In this document: positions 1 through 13,485 of the stretch, piece after piece
Layout: the number at the start of each line of letters is the position of its first letter
Position numbering within the stretch: position 1 is the first letter of the stretch
Assembly: GCF_018350175.1 (NCBI RefSeq)
Contig: NC_058368.1
Coordinates: 9,052,001 to 9,116,000, forward strand
DNA: 64,000 bases
From: Felis catus
Taxonomy: Eukaryota
Direction: 5' to 3'
Notes under the pieces: generated by a model
Told to the model about the DNA's origin: nothing
The model's database searches: none
The model's input: the letters and a program-made list of their open reading frames with translations, nothing else
Program-made: the position numbers and the translations under genes

Positions 1-2279
1 TTAAAAATACAATTGTCTGTTGCACCTCTGGTGAAACCTCATTAAATCTGTTCAAACGTTTCTGTGTTTTATATCCCAGGCCAGTAGCAACAGGTAGGCA
101 GAGCGGTAAATGCATAGTGTGTGCAGATCCGGTCTGAATAGGTTCCTAATTACGGTGCTCAACTGGAGAGGGGAACTGGAAACCCTTAAAAAGGTTCAGA
201 ACCCTTAGGGCAGAGAGAGCTTTGGAGATCCAGGGGATTTTCGTTACTTAGTCACAGGGCATGGATTTTGTTCTAAGCATTATGATGGTTAATGGGAGGT
301 TTGTAGACCTGTTGTGAGAACATAGGCCCTCTGAGAAAGATTGAAAGGGCAAACGCAGGGCTGGCTGATGACTAACAGCCTGGCCAGGGTTCCTGCCCGC
401 TGGGAATCTTCTCCGTGGCCCTGTTGCACCCTGTGCATGTACCTGCGGAGGCTGGCGGGTGCAGGGAGGGCGCAGCCCAGCACGTGCCCCCACCTGCCCA
501 CCCGTCCCAACTCTGGCCCTCCCGCTTAGCGGCTGTGACTCCCTGAGCAACTTCCTTCGCCTTTCCGGACCTAGGAGCGCCAGCTTTCAACCGAATACCG
601 CGTGGACATATACTGAAGATATAGTCCTTGTTTATCTGAAATTCAGTTTGTAATTGGGCACGCAATATTTGAATCGGCAAAATGATCTGGGACTCGCCTT
701 CTTTGTTTCTAAAATGAGGTGCTAATGGTACCAATCTCATCCGGTTGTGAGGCCGAAATAATTTAATATGCGGAGAGGACTTAGAATGGGACCCGGCTCA
801 GAGCGTGTTACCCATAGGATCAAATCCACATTCCTCAGTCGTGGGTGGGGGGGACTTTCAAGACTTGCACCTCCCCCCTTGTCTTCCCAGTCTCCATTAC
901 CACTGCCCCTCCCCTCTGTGATTCCATGCCGGGCCTACACCAAACCATGTCCTGCCTCTGCTCCCCTTCTTGGCAGCTGCCTCTACCCAGAATCCCTTTC
1001 TCGTGAGCGCCCTGAAGAGAAGCCACTAGTCCAGGGTAGCTGTACTTAAGACTGCCCCTCTGTGGACTTCTCTGCCTCACCGCTGTGAGCCTCACCTGGT
1101 GAGCCCCTTCACAGCGCTTTATACAGACCTTTATCTGTCCCTGTCTCACTGTAGTAAATTTGTTTCACTCTTTGTGTTATATTTTCTTTAACAGTATAAT
1201 GTGTGTGTGCGAATTAATGTTAATCCACGATCTGGTGCTTTTAGTTACTATCTGAAGTCTCTTAATCAGGAACTCCTATACCAAGGGTGATAGGTGAACA
1301 TTTAAAAAGCTGCCCAACTTCAAATATTCTTATTTAAGTCTGCACCAGAGGACTTGCTCTTTGAGTAAGGGGTGTGGAAATAATTTCTCACTTATAGAAT
1401 GGGTGGTATTCAAAATGTACAGTAGAGTAGAAGGACTTCACCTTGTCCTGTCGTGGGCAGAACAGAGGAAAGCCAAGATCTAAACCGCACACAGCCCTGG
1501 GTGTTGCACTTACTGGAGGCTTCTCCCATCTGATTTGATTGATTTCATCTATTGTCAGGATACAGATGCATTTGCCTCTAGTGAAACTTTCAGTGCAAGG
1601 TGTTGGAGAGTCTGAAAGAACAGAGAGCAAAGACTTCACCAGAATTACAGAACAGATTGAGAGCTGGTTTTTGTTTTTTTTTTTCACTTGCTTGCTAATA
1701 AAAGTTGGTTCGCCGTGTGGAAAGTGGGCTAAGATGTGCCCTCATCGTGCTATACCACCTGGTAGGGAGGGGGTGGGACGAGGGACATCTGTATCCTTTC
1801 TTGTACCCTACGCGTTGGAGGCCACTGCCATCCACCAAAAGGGACTCGATGATCACGAAACCAGATTGGTTTAGTTCAGTTTGCAACGCTGTGTCTCTCC
1901 AACCAAAGGTGAGCTCCAGAGTCAGGACCTGTGTTTCACTCCAGCCCCTCCCCCTGCAGCTGGCCCAGCAGGAGGTGCTCAGCATGGAAGGGGTGACAGG
2001 ACCCTTGAAAGACCCTTACTGCAGAGCCAGCTTGAAAGCGTTGAGACAGAATCAGACATCCAATTAGCCAATATGATCAGGGTGAAAACACAGAAAAAAA
2101 CGAAGGATACACGAGAAAGGAACCCTTTGATACACCTTCCTTGAAATTCTCTAAGAAACCGCTTTCCCTCTGGAGAATTCATGATACATAGCATCACCTT
2201 CACATTAAAGGTGTTGAAGAGTGTTCTAAAAAAGTAAATCCTCCTCAGGCACTTTACCTCTGGGTATTCTTCCTCAAAC

Positions 2280-2700
2280 CTGAGGCCTTAGTCCAATCAA
2301 GAGAAAACATCACTCTAACCCAAATTAAGCAACATTTTACAAAATGTCTGGCCAGCACTCTTCAAAACTGTCAAGTTCATGATAAACAAGGGAAGACTGA
2401 GAAACTGTCAAGATCAAAGGAGCCTGTAAAGAGAAATCCTAAGTACAGTGTAGGATCCCGGATGACATCTCAGAACAGAAAAAAGACATTAGTGGGAAAA
2501 TGGATAAAATCCAGATATGTCTGGAGTTTAACTGATGGCACTGTACCAGTGTTAATTTCTTAGTTTTGACAAATGTACATAGGTAATGACAGATGTTAAT
2601 ATTAGTGGAAACTGCATGAAGGATATCTGGAAACTGTATTCATCACTTTTTGGTGCAACTATCATTATTCTAAGATAAAAAGGTCATTTAAAAAAGAAGT
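2280..2700 (+). mobile_element. Old L1 (L1MC/ME-like) 3' UTR fragment
   Basis: CTCTTCAAAACTGTCAAG...GGAAGACTGAGAAACTGTC...GTTAATTTCTTAGTTTTGACAAATGTAC pattern. Confidence 0.5.
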
Positions 2701-2795
2701 TTTAAAATAAGGTAGATATTTGAATGACAATTGTAGAAAAAAGAGGAATCTAGCTTTTGACACTAATGAAGTCGAACATTTAAAGGCAAGTCATA

Positions 2796-3027
2796 GGGGC
2801 GCCTGGGTGGCACAGTCGGTTAAGCGTCCGACTTCAGCCAGGTCACGATCTCGCGGTCCGGGAGTTCGAGCCCCGCGTCGGGCTCTGGGCTGATGGCCCA
2901 GAGCCTGGAGCCTGTTTCCGATTCTGTGTCTCCCTCTCTCTCTGCCCCTCCCCCGTTCATGCTCTGTCTCTCTCTGTCCCAAAAATAAATAAACGTTGAA
3001 AAAAAAAATATTTTTTTTTAAAAATAG
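2796..3027 (+). mobile_element. CanSINE (SINEC_Fc)
   Basis: GGGGCGCCTGGGTGG head, CT-rich body, A tail, TSD AGGCAAGTCAT. Confidence 0.93.
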
Positions 3028-3537
3028 AGGCAAGTCATGGATTCCAGGAAGAGCCACCTGCTAGGCTGGGCCTGATCCTGGCCACTCGCCACCGAGGTCC
3101 TATCAGCTTTTCAGTTAGAATCTTGTTTCCACTTGGTTAATCTGCATGGCTTTGTTAAGGTTAGATGGCTGGCTATCGTGTACGATCGACTTTGGGAGAA
3201 GTGGAATAAACCTCTTCAGGGCTGCATCTGCAAAGCTAAAGGCATAGAGAATCACAAACATCACAGTGTCACATTCCTTTCTTCTCATGAGTATTAAGCA
3301 TCGAGACCTACTCCCTCAAGTGCCTCCTGCAGGACTTGGCACACTATTGGTATATCGGAAATATTTGCTGGCTTTATGTTACCATGGCCCAGTTCAGAGT
3401 TGCCCACTTACTCTGATGGGGGGGAGAAACAACAACAACAAAAAAACCAACTCCAAAGTGGATATGAAACTGAGCTCTTTCTGCTGATGTTGGCTTTGGG
3501 GCCTTTATTTTAAGTGCAAGAGGAGGGAAACTTGTAC

Positions 3538-3756
3538 TTTTTTTTTTTTAATGTTTATTTCTGAGAGAGAGAGAGAGACAGAGACAGAGGGCAAGCAGGG
3601 GAGGGGCAGAGAGGGAGAGGGAGACACAGAATCTGAACAGGCTCCAGGCGCTGAGCTGTCAGCACAGAGCCCGATGGGGGGCTGGAACTCCTCAACCACG
3701 AGATCATAACCTGAGCCGGTCGGCTATTTGACCAACTAAGGCACCTAGGCGCCCCC
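3538..3756 (-). mobile_element. CanSINE
   Basis: Poly-T, (GA)n, ends AGGCGCCCC. Confidence 0.9.
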
Positions 3757-3839
3757 ATACTGTACATTTTTTTAAATGATTGTTCCATTAATCAGTTTTA
3801 TGATTTTAAAAATGGTAAATAATATTAGTCAATACTAGT

Positions 3840-4100
3840 CAATGTAGCACTTACTATGGGCCAGGTGGTATTCTAGGGCTTTACATATACTAACTCGTTA
3901 AATTCTCACAACAATCCCGTAAGCTGGTTACTGTATTCATTCTTGTTTTACAGATGAAGAAAGTGAGGCACAAATTAGTCACGTATCTTTCTCAGGATTA
4001 TATACATTTTTGCTGTTTGATAAAAACACTTTATGTGGATGAACTAGGATTTGAACTAGATTGTGTCGCTTCAGAACCCACACCTCTAATCATGACACTA
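3840..4100 (-). mobile_element. MIR
   Basis: Core TTTTACAGATGAAGAAAGTGAGGCACA and CTAGGATTTGAAC. Confidence 0.65.
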
Positions 4101-4129
4101 CAGCTGTGCCCCATGAATTCATTTGCAAA

Positions 4130-4631
4130 GTGTGAGACTGTGGAAGCCAGCTCCAAAATGGTACTCACCTCCTGGAATTCATCCCTTTGTGTAGTCCCCT
4201 TCCACGAATCAGGATTAGTCTGCGTGTCCGATAGAACATCGTGGAAGTGACCGTGTGTGACATCTGAGGCTAGGTCACAAAAGGCATTGCAGTGATTCTC
4301 CTGGGTCTCGAGGGTAGCACTGACTCTGGGGGAGGTCAGCGCTATGCTGTGTAGACACTCAAGGATAATTGTGAAGAAGGAACCCACCTGGCAGCCATGT
4401 AAATGAGGCACATTGGAAGCAAAAGCTCCAAACCCAATTAAGCTTTAAGTGAGCATGGCCTCTGCTGACATCGGACTGATCCGAATGAGAAATTGCGAGC
4501 CCAAACTACCCAATGAAGCTGCTCCAAAATTCTTGACCCATGGTAACTTGAGAGAAAATACATATTCGTTGTGTATTCAAGTTGCTAAGTCTGGGGACAA
4601 TTTGTTACACAGCAATTGGATAACTAGTACA
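4130..4631 (+). mobile_element. MLT1-type (MaLR) LTR
   Basis: TGAGGCTAGGTCACAAAAGG body and TAAGTCTGGGGACAATTTGTTACACAGCAAT...AACTAGTACA end. Confidence 0.6.
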
Positions 4632-4704
4632 GAAAACACTCAGAAAAGTGTGAAGAAGAAATCACTTCGAATCTTACAATTCCGATTGTAAGATTCCAAT
4701 GAAA

Positions 4705-4893
4705 AATTTGTTAATGTTTTATTTACTTCTGAAAAAGTGTAAGTAGGGGAGGAGCAGAAAGAGAAGGGGACAGAGAATCCAAAATGGGCTCTGCGCTGAC
4801 AGCAGTGAGCCCCATGTGGGGCTCAAACTCACAACTGTGAGATCATGACCTGAACTGGTTGGATGCTCAACCGACTGAGCCACTCAGGAGCCC
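4705..4893 (-). mobile_element. CanSINE (older)
   Basis: GGGCTCAAACTCAC...CCGACTGAGCCACTCAGGAGCCC. Confidence 0.85.
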
Positions 4894-4962
4894 TAGAATT
4901 CCTTCTTTTTATGCTCAAACATACTTAAGCTAAATGCATGTCGTTTTAAAAAAATATAACTT

Positions 4963-5190
4963 GGGGCGCCTGGGTGGCGCAGTCGGTTAAGCGTCCGACT
5001 TCAGCTCAGGTCACGATCTCGCCGTCCGTGAGTTCGAGCCCCGTGTCGGGCTCTGGGCTAATGGCTCAAAGCCTGGAGCCTGTTTCCGATTCTGTGTCTC
5101 CCTCTCTCTCTGCCCCTCCCCCGTTCATGGTCTGTCTCTCTCTGTCTCAAAAATGAATAAAAGTTAAAAAAAATTAAAAAAAATATATAA
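4963..5190 (+). mobile_element. CanSINE (SINEC_Fc)
   Basis: Consensus-like head and tail, with ATATAACTTGG repeated on both sides. Confidence 0.93.
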
Positions 5191-5559
5191 CTTGGTTCAT
5201 AACGTACGTTCATTTTTGTATACTACCATTTCCCCACTTAATGCGTAAATAGATATCCATGTCAGTAGAAAAGTCTTTCAAAACATAAATTTAATGGCTT
5301 TATAACAGTTCACAATGGAGCTTTATTTTTGGACATTTAAGTTGTTTCCATATTTCTGCTATTATAAACACTAACACAGTGACTACTTTGGAAAGAGACA
5401 ATGTGGCGAATTGTCAAGACCACAGCCTTTGAATTCTCTGTAGGCAAATTCTAGTTCTGCCCTTCCCTAGTGCAACTTTGAATAAGTTCCTTAGTCTGTG
5501 CTGTGTTTCCTTTATCTATAAAATAAGAAATGCAGTGCTTTTGCGGGCACTTCTTCTTA

Positions 5560-6580
5560 CTTTTTTATTGAACTAAAATATACATAAGTTACCATTTTAA
5601 GCATTTTTTTAACGTTTTTATTTATTTTTGAGACAGAGAGAGACAGAGCATGAACGGGGGAGGGTCAGAGAGAGAGGCGGACACAGAATCTGAAACAGGC
5701 TCCAGGCTGTGAGCTGTCAGCACAGAGCCGGATGCGGGGCTCGAACTCACGGACCGTGAGATCATGACCTGAGCCGAAGTCGGACGCTTAACCGACCGAG
5801 CCACCCAGGCGCCCCCCATTTTAAGCATTTTTAAGTTCAGTGGCATTGAGTACATTCACATTGTTGTGTGACCATCACGACCATCCATCTCTAGAACTTG
5901 TTCATTATCCTAAACTGAAACTCTGCATCAGCTAAACACTAACTCCACATTCTCTCCTACACTTAGCCTCCGTTCCACTTTGTGTCTCTGTGGATTTGGC
6001 TATTCTAGGTACAATATTTGTCCTTTTGTGTCTGGCTTATTTTACTTAGTATGTCTTCAAGGTCCAACTATGTTGTAGCGCATATCCAAATTTCATTCAT
6101 TCTTAAGGCTAAGTAATATTCTCTTGTATGTATATACCACATTTTATTTATTCAGTCTTCTGATGATAGCCTTTTGAGTTGTTTCCACCTTTTGGCTATT
6201 GTGAATAATGCTGCTATGAACATTGGTGTATAAATATCTGTTTGAATCTCTGCTTTCAGTTCTTTGGGGTACATACCTAGAAGTGGAATTGTTGGATCGT
6301 ATGGTAATTTTATGAATTTTGGGGAAAACGGCCATACGTATGTCTTCAACAGTGGTTGGACCATTTTACATTCCTATCAGCAATGCACATGGGTTCCAAT
6401 GTCTCCACATTCGTGCCAGTATTTATTTTCTGGGGCTTGGAGGGGGGCAGTAGAGAGGAGTTTGATAATAGCAGTTCTAATTAGTGTGAGGTGGTATCTT
6501 ACTGTGATCTTGACTTTGATGATCAATGTTGTTGAGCATCTTTTTCATGTACTTATTGGCCATTTGCATATCTTTTGGGG
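5560..6580 (-). mobile_element. L1 (L1M) ORF2 C-terminus/3' UTR fragment, interrupted by a SINE
   Basis: Translation LPYDPTIPLLGMYPKE...TPMFIAALFTIAKRWKQ is the L1 ORF2 C-terminal motif. Confidence 0.85.
5604..5815 (-). mobile_element. CanSINE inside L1
   Basis: TSD CCATTTTAAGCATTTT on both sides. Confidence 0.93.
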
Positions 6581-7004
6581 GGAATTTTCTATTCTATTCC
6601 CCTCTCGACCATCACTTCTTTCTTGAAATTCTTGTCTGCCTTTACTTCCTCTAGCTCTCCCCTCCATCCCTCTGCTCACCTTCTACTTTCTTTCTTCTTC
6701 CTCTAAGCTTCTCATCTTATTGTGGTAGAGTTCTTTCAAGTCAGGTCTTTGACCTTCCCTGTATTAATTTCACTCTTGCCACCTCAAGGAAGCTAATGGC
6801 TGGTGTGGAGATTCAAGAAATCAAAGAAATGAAGATGTCAGGTATTCAATTAATATATTATAAATAAATGAATAAAATGAAACAAAGAGGTACAGTTAAA
6901 TAAAGGAAGAAAAACTGAGTACTAAGAAACGTTGAGGTAATCACAAGAAGTCAGGAAAGGCAAGAAAGAAAAAAAAAGAGAGAGAGAGATATTAAATAAG
7001 ACCG

Positions 7005-7235
7005 AGAATGAAATTTTTCCATCTGTGACAACATAGATTGATGTCAAGGGCAATATGCTAAATAAGTCAGAGAAAGACGAATACCCTATGATCTCTGTTA
7101 TAAGTGGAATCTTGAATAAAAAAAGTGAAGCTCATAGATACGGAGAACAGATGGACGGTTACCAGAGGTGGGGTGGGGGGAAGGGTGGGAGAAATGAGTG
7201 AACTGCTTTTGTTTTTAGTTTAAATACATTGAATT
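7005..7235 (+). mobile_element. L1 3' end fragment
   Basis: AATGAAAT...ATGCTAAATAAGTCAGAGAAAGACGAATACC...CTCATAGATACGGAGAACAGA. Confidence 0.65.
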
Positions 7236-7238
7236 TTA

Positions 7239-7449
7239 TTTTTTTTAACGTTTATTTATTTTTGAGACAAAGAGAGACAGAGCATGAATGGGGGAGGGGC
7301 AGAGAGAGAGGGAGACACAGAATCTGAAACAGGCTCCAGGCTCTGAGCTGTCAGCACAGAGCCCGACATGGGGCTCGAACTCACGGACTGCGAGATCATG
7401 ACCTGAGCCGAAGTCAGACGCTTAACCAACTGAGCCACCCAGGCGCCCC
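7239..7449 (-). mobile_element. CanSINE
   Basis: 18-bp TSD TAAATACATTGAATTTTA. Confidence 0.93.
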
Positions 7450-7479
7450 TAAATACATTGAATTTTAAAAAGGAAGATC

Positions 7480-8876
7480 AAATTGAGAGAACTAACATTT
7501 ACTGTATTCAAAATTTATTACAAAGCTACAGTAATCAAGACAGTGTGGTGCTAGCCTAAGGACAGACATGTTAATCAATGGAATGGGGGGTTAAAAAGTC
7601 CATAAGTAGAACGGAGTGGCCAGAAACAAACCCATATGCACACAGCCAACCAATTGTTGACAAGAATGCCAAGACCACCAATAGAGAAAAAAGAACAGGG
7701 TTTTCAACAAATGGCACCGGGGCAACTAGATGTCTACATGCAAAACAGTAAGTTGAACCCCTCCCTCACAGCATATACAGAAACGAACTTAAAGCGGATC
7801 AAAGAGCTAAATGTAAAACTCTTAGGTTTGGGACCTGAGATTAGGTAGTAATTTCTTAGCTATGATACCAGAAGTACAAGTAACAAAAGAAAAATTGTGT
7901 AAATTAGACTTCAGCAAGATGTAAAGCTTTGCGCTTCAAAGTATACTATCAAGAAAGTGAAAGTGAGAAGTGAAGAGAAAATAAGAGAAAAACTTCGCGA
8001 ATCATGTCTCTGCTAGAACTAGGGGGAAAAAAACTATTACGACTCAGCATTAGAAAGGACATTTTTTTAAAAAGGGACCAAGGATTTTAGTAGACGTGTC
8101 TCCAAAGTAGATACAAAAATGACCATGAAGCACAAGCAAAGATGTTCAACAACATTAGTCATTAGGGAAACGCAAGTCAAAATCAAAATGAGACATGAAT
8201 TCACACCCACCAGCACAGCTATTATTAAAAAAAAAAACAGAAAAGGAGAAGTTTGGTGAGGATGTGGTGAAATTGGAACATCGCTGTCAGGAAACAGGTT
8301 GGTATTTTTTTCAAAATGTTAAACATGGAATTAGCATGTGACCCACTAATTCCACTCCTAGGTATGTGCCCCAGAGATCTGAAGATACGTATTCACACGT
8401 AAACTTGTATGCAAATATTTACAGCAGCGTTCTTCTTCATAGTCAAAAAGTGGCAACAGTCCAAATGTCCGTCACCTGTTGAATGAATAAACAAAAGCAC
8501 TACATCCATACAATGGAATATTGTTCAGCCTTAAAAAGGAGTGAAGTCCTTGTACTTGCCGCGGCAGGAATGAACCTGGTAAATGTCAGCTCAGTGGAAG
8601 AAGCCCAACACGAAAGACCCCCTGTTGTATGATTCCATTAACACGAAATGTCCCAAACAGGCACATCCGTAGAGACGGAAAGTAGCTTAGTGGTTGCCAA
8701 GGGCTGAGGGAAGGAGTAAATGGAAAATGCTCATGAATGACAGGGTTTCTTTTCTGGAATTAGACGCTGGTGATGGTTGCACAGTGTCATGTAAATCTTC
8801 AGTAAACCACAGAACTGTACGCTTTAAAATGGTGAATTTATGGTATATGAATTATATCTCAAAAAAAAAAAAAGTA
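7480..8876 (+). mobile_element. Degenerate L1 (L1MB-like) ORF2 3' part + 3' UTR + A tail
   Basis: TACAAAGCTACAGTAATCAAGACAGTGTGGT, CATTAGTCATTAGGGAAA, ATCCATACAATGGAATATT and terminal poly-A. Confidence 0.8.
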
Positions 8877-8926
8877 TAGAAAGAGGAAAGGCTTTCCGAC
8901 TCATTTCATGAGGCCAGCATCACACC

Positions 8927-9290
8927 GTGATGGTCTTCTTGACACATCAACTTGGCTGTACCACCGCCCCAGTTACGGAACGCTGAGTTTGCTGTGCAGG
9001 TGTTTTGCAGATGTGATTAAAGTCCATCATCAGTTGACTTTACTCAAGGGGGATTATCCCAGATGCTCTGGGTGAGGCTAATCTAGACCAGAGTTTGTGC
9101 TTCCGGGAAGAAATTCTGCCTGTGGACAGCAGCTTCAGCTCATGCCTGGGAGTCCTGGCCTGCCCCTCCTGATGGCCTTAGGGATGTCAGACTTGCCTCA
9201 TCTGCCTCCACAATTACATATTCCTCACAATAAGTCCCTTAGTGCATCTCCTCCTGGTTCTATTTCTCTGATTCAACCTTGAGTGAGACT
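8927..9290 (+). mobile_element. MLT2-like (ERVL) LTR fragment
   Basis: TCAACTTGGCT...TTTTGCAGATGTGATTAAAGTC...CTGGTTCTATTTCTCTG. Confidence 0.5.
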
Positions 9291-9448
9291 GATAGCCAAA
9301 CCAGAAAAGAATATGTTATGACCAAAAATAAAAAACGGACTAATATTCCTCATAAACGTAGACACAAAAATCCTTGAGACAATGTTAGCCAAACTCAGCA
9401 ATATATACAAGGTACAACATACTATGACCAACTAGAATTTATCCCAAA

Positions 9449-9660
9449 GGGTGCCTGGGTGGCTCAGTTGGTTAAGCCCCAGCTTCAGCTCAGGTCATCT
9501 CACGGTTCATGGGTTGGAACCCCACATCAGGCTCTGTGCTGACAACTCAGAGCCTGGAGCCTGCTTCGGATTCTGTGTCTCCCTCTCTCTCTGCCCCTCC
9601 CCTGCTCACTCACTCTCTCTCTCTCTCTCTCAAAAATAAACATTAGAAAAAATTTTTTTA
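9449..9660 (+). mobile_element. CanSINE
   Basis: TSD AGAATTTATCCCA on both sides. Confidence 0.88.
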
Positions 9661-9758
9661 AAGAATTTATCCCAGGAATGCAAATTAGAGTTATTTTAGT
9701 TAATTTAATGAATCAATGTAATTTGCCTCATTAACAAAATTTTTAGAAACTCATTTCA

Positions 9759-9950
9759 GGGGCACCTGCATGGCTCAGTCAGTTGAGCATCTGAATCTTG
9801 GTTTCAGCTCAGGTCGTGATCTCACAGTTCATGAGTTCAAGCCCAGCATTGGGCTCTGAACCTGCTTGGGATTCTCTCTCTGTCCCTCTCTGCCCCTCCC
9901 CAACTTGTGCTGTTTCTGTCTCTCTCAAAATAAATAAACTTAAAAAAAAA
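9759..9950 (+). mobile_element. CanSINE
   Basis: TSD TCATTTCAG on both sides. Confidence 0.85.
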
Positions 9951-10066
9951 TCATTTCAGTTGAAGCCAAAACAAAAAAGAAAAAGCATTGAGAAATTCAA
10001 CGCTTTGTTTATAATTTAAAAAAAAATTCTCAGCAAACTTGGAATAAGAAGCACTTCCTCAATGTC

Positions 10067-10413
10067 TGTGTCATTTTGCTCGGGCTGTCATAGACTGGGT
10101 GGCTTAATCAATAGAGACTTATTTTCTCACAATTTTGAGAGCCAGAAGTCCAAGATGAAGGTGTCAGCAGGGCTGGTCTCTTCAGAGGCCTCTCTCTTCA
10201 GTTTGTAGATGGCTGTCTTCTCTCTATGTTCTTACATGGTCTTTATCCATCTTTTTATCCCAGTCCAATTATTATAGAGTATACTCCAATGACCTCATTT
10301 CAGCTGTGTCACTTCTGTACAGACCCTGTCTCCAGATACGGTTCCATCTGAGGTACTGTGGATTGGGACTGCAACATATGAATAAGGTGGGGGAACACCA
10401 TTCAGCTCATAAC
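10067..10413 (-). mobile_element. MLT1A-like LTR
   Basis: CTGGGTGGCTTAA...AAGTCCAAGATGAAGGTGTCAGCAGGG...ATTCAGCTCATAACA. Confidence 0.7.
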
Positions 10414-10552
10414 AACTGATGCAAAACTGAGTGTATCCCCTTAAAATTGAGGGTAAGGCAAGGATTTCCACCCTTACCACTTCTTTCCAACATAGTACTG
10501 AAGGGCTTAGTGCAATAAAGAAAAACATAAAGAGTGTAAAGAAAGAAGCGAA

Positions 10553-10765
10553 GGGGCGCCTGGGTGGCTCATTCGTTCAGTGGCCGACTTCGGCCTGGTC
10601 ATGATCTCACAGTTTGTGAGTTGGAGCCCCGTGTCAGGCTCTGTGCTGACAGCTCAGAGCCCGGAGCCTGCTTCAGTTTCTGTGTCTCCCTCTCTCTCTG
10701 CCCCTCCCCTGCTTGCACTCTGTCTCTCTCTCTCAAAAATAAATAAACATTAAAAAAATTTAAGA
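10553..10765 (+). mobile_element. CanSINE
   Basis: GGGGCGCCTGGGTGGCTCA head and A tail. Confidence 0.9.
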
Positions 10766-11766
10766 AAGAAGTAAAAATGTCTTTATTCACAGTTGACATG
10801 GTTGCATACGTAGAAAATCCCAAGGAATCTAACCCTCCAACCCCCTCCCCCAAAATCTTAGGAATAATAAGCAAATTCAGTAAGGTTGCAAGATAGAAAG
10901 TTAATATACAAAAATTAGATGTATTTTTATATATTAACAATGAGCAGTTGTAAATGAAATTTAATAAAACACTACAGTTGCATCAAAATCAGGAAATATT
11001 TAGAGATAAATTTAACAAATATGATCAAGACCTATATGTTGAGAAATTAAAGAAGATCCAAATAAATAGGAAGGTATACCATGTCCATAGACTGGAAAGC
11101 AATATTGTTACCTGATGTCATTTTCCCCTATATTGATCTATAGATTCAATGCAATCCCAATCAAGTCCAAGAAGGCTTTTATTATAGAAACTTGCAAGCA
11201 GATTCTAAAATTTATAAAGAAGCACAAAGGACTTAGAATGCTTAATTTTGAACAAGCTCCAAAAGTTACCATAAAATAACTATAAATGATGAAAGAATTT
11301 TTAAACAAAATTTCAAGGGTTACTATAAGGTACATTAATCAAGAAAATATGGTATTGGCATAAGGATATACCTGTACATCAATGGAGTCCAGAAACGGAC
11401 CCACAGTTAAATTGTCCATTTGTATTTACTACAACTGCCAAAGCAATTCGATGGAGTAAAGGAAAATCTTTTCAACATCTGGTACCAGAGCAACTGGATG
11501 TCCATGTAGAAAGAATCAATCTTGACTTTACCTTACACCCTACCTCCAAATTAATTCTGGATAGATTATAAACCTAAATGTAACAGCCAAAACTATCAAG
11601 CTTCTAGAATACATAGGAGATTACATTTGCAAGCATATAGGAGGCAAAATTTACTTACCTAAGACACAGAGAACACCAAGCATAAAAGAAAATGTTGATA
11701 AATTGGACTCCACAGTATTAAAAAGTTCTGCCCATCAAAAAACACCATCAAAAAGTTAGATTAGGG

Positions 11767-12170
11767 GGGCGCCTGGGTGGCGCAGTCGGTTAAGCGTCCG
11801 ACTTCAGCCAGGTCACGATCTCACGGTCCGTGGGTTCGAGCCTCACGTCGGGCTCTGGGCTGATGGCTCAGAGCCTGGAGCCTGCTTCCGATTCTGTGTC
11901 TCCCTCTCTCTCTGCCCCTCCCCCGTTCATGCTCTGTCTCTCTCTGTCTCAAAAATAAATAAACGTTAAAAAAAATTAAAAAAAAAAAGTTAGTAGATTA
12001 GGGCATCTGGGTGGCATAATCAGCTGAGTGTCTGACTCTTGATTTTGGCTCAGGTCATGATCCTAGGTCTTGGGATCAAGCCCCACGTCGGGCTCTGTGC
12101 TGAGTGTGGAGCCTGCTTAAGATTCTCTCTCTCTCCCTCTGCCCCTCTCCTCTACTCGTGCTCTCTCTCT

Positions 12171-12213
<43 letters not shown>

Positions 12214-12215
12214 AA
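11767..12215 (+). mobile_element. Two adjacent CanSINEs (young 11767-11988, older 12001-12215)
   Basis: Two heads and two CT/A tails, with AAAGTTAG(T)A repeats flanking the first. Confidence 0.88.
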
Positions 12216-13485
12216 AAAGACAAGAAAGAAAGTTAATAGATAAATCACAGATTGGGAAAAATTTTACTATATCTATACTATATATTGATACTATATAACT
12301 GACACAGGATTTGTATTTAGAATATAGCGAGAACTCTTACAACTCAATAATAAACGGGTTAACCATCCAATAAACGAGTAAGGACGTGGTCCTGATTAAG
12401 ATCCTGAAGGCAAAGTTCACCTTATATGTCTCTAGAGGTGAAGAAACGGAAGCCGAACCATACTGTAAGAAAATCCACTCCATCGCCAATTAGGCCGTCC
12501 AAGGTTTTCAAGAGAAAATAGCCACATGAATTCAAAGCACAGTATCACTATTCCAGAAATCTTTGGGACATTCTGCACAAAAGGTCTACAAAGAGCTTTG
12601 GAAAGATTAACCAGATGATCCTCCCAGCTTCCTTAAGAGACAGGTGGGGAGTGGACAGTTCAGCCTACTCCCACAAAGAGAGAGCCACGGACAGCCTGTT
12701 GCTGAGCCGCAGCGACCTGGGTTCCTGGCAGACGGACGGATGCGCTCCGTGAGATGAGCCAGGGAGCAGCGATCAGCACCGCACGCGCTTGCCTCTCCCA
12801 CCCTTTCTAAATTGACTCACCCACCGCTCACTCAGCAGATAGCTATTAAAGAATGCCTCCCTCTCTGTGAGAGTCAGGGCTTGTAGCTTGACTGTGGCCT
12901 CTCACTTCAGAGGTGCACCTTGCCGTCTGCCCTGGGGGCCTCTGGTGACTCATTTCCTGCTCCCAGGCTTGCTCTAGCACACAGAGCGAGGACCCCGGGG
13001 TCCTGTGTTTCATGCTCTGCTTCTCAGCCCCTACTGGTCCCGACCTCTCCCTGGCTTCCAGGGCTCCAGCCCCTCCTGTACCCCTCCTGGGTACATTCCT
13101 CTCTGCTCTTCCCATCCCGGTCCTGGGCAGCATTTGATGAGGCTAGAGTAATAATAGTAGATGTCATTTGCTCAACCTCAGGATGAACCCACTGTGCTTA
13201 CAGAACTTGCACCATCATCCTGGCCCCAGAACCTTCGTTTCTGCTGGGACCCTCCCTTGGAATGCTGTTCCATTCTGCAGCTCTCCAAACAGTATTCGCT
13301 GTTCAGTAACCACCACACCCAGGAAATCTTCCCCACGTTTCCCCTCTTCTTTACCCTCAGCACTCAGGAAACTTCACAGTACATACCTCTTGCCAGGACA
13401 GATGCCCTTGCCCTCCACAGAGGAGAAGGCAGGCAATAAGTTGGCAAACATAGAAAAAAAAGACAAAATACAGAGCACCGTGAAG

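Larger units (their letters stand above)
8880..12375 (+). mobile_element. Degenerate L1 ORF2 (RT region) broken by MLT2, MLT1 and five SINE insertions
   Basis: TCATTTCATGAGGCCAGCATCAC, TTTATCCCAGGAATGCAA, TATAGATTCAATGCAATCCCAATCAA, TGGTATTGGCATAAGGATA. Confidence 0.75.

Noticed and set aside
2796..2870. SINE heads as tRNA genes
   Set aside because: tRNA-derived A/B boxes followed by CT tracts, poly-A and TSDs mark them as SINEs.
4974..7438. Recurring 60-77 aa ORFs (MAQSVKRPTSAQV...)
   Set aside because: Translations of CanSINE copies, not a gene family.
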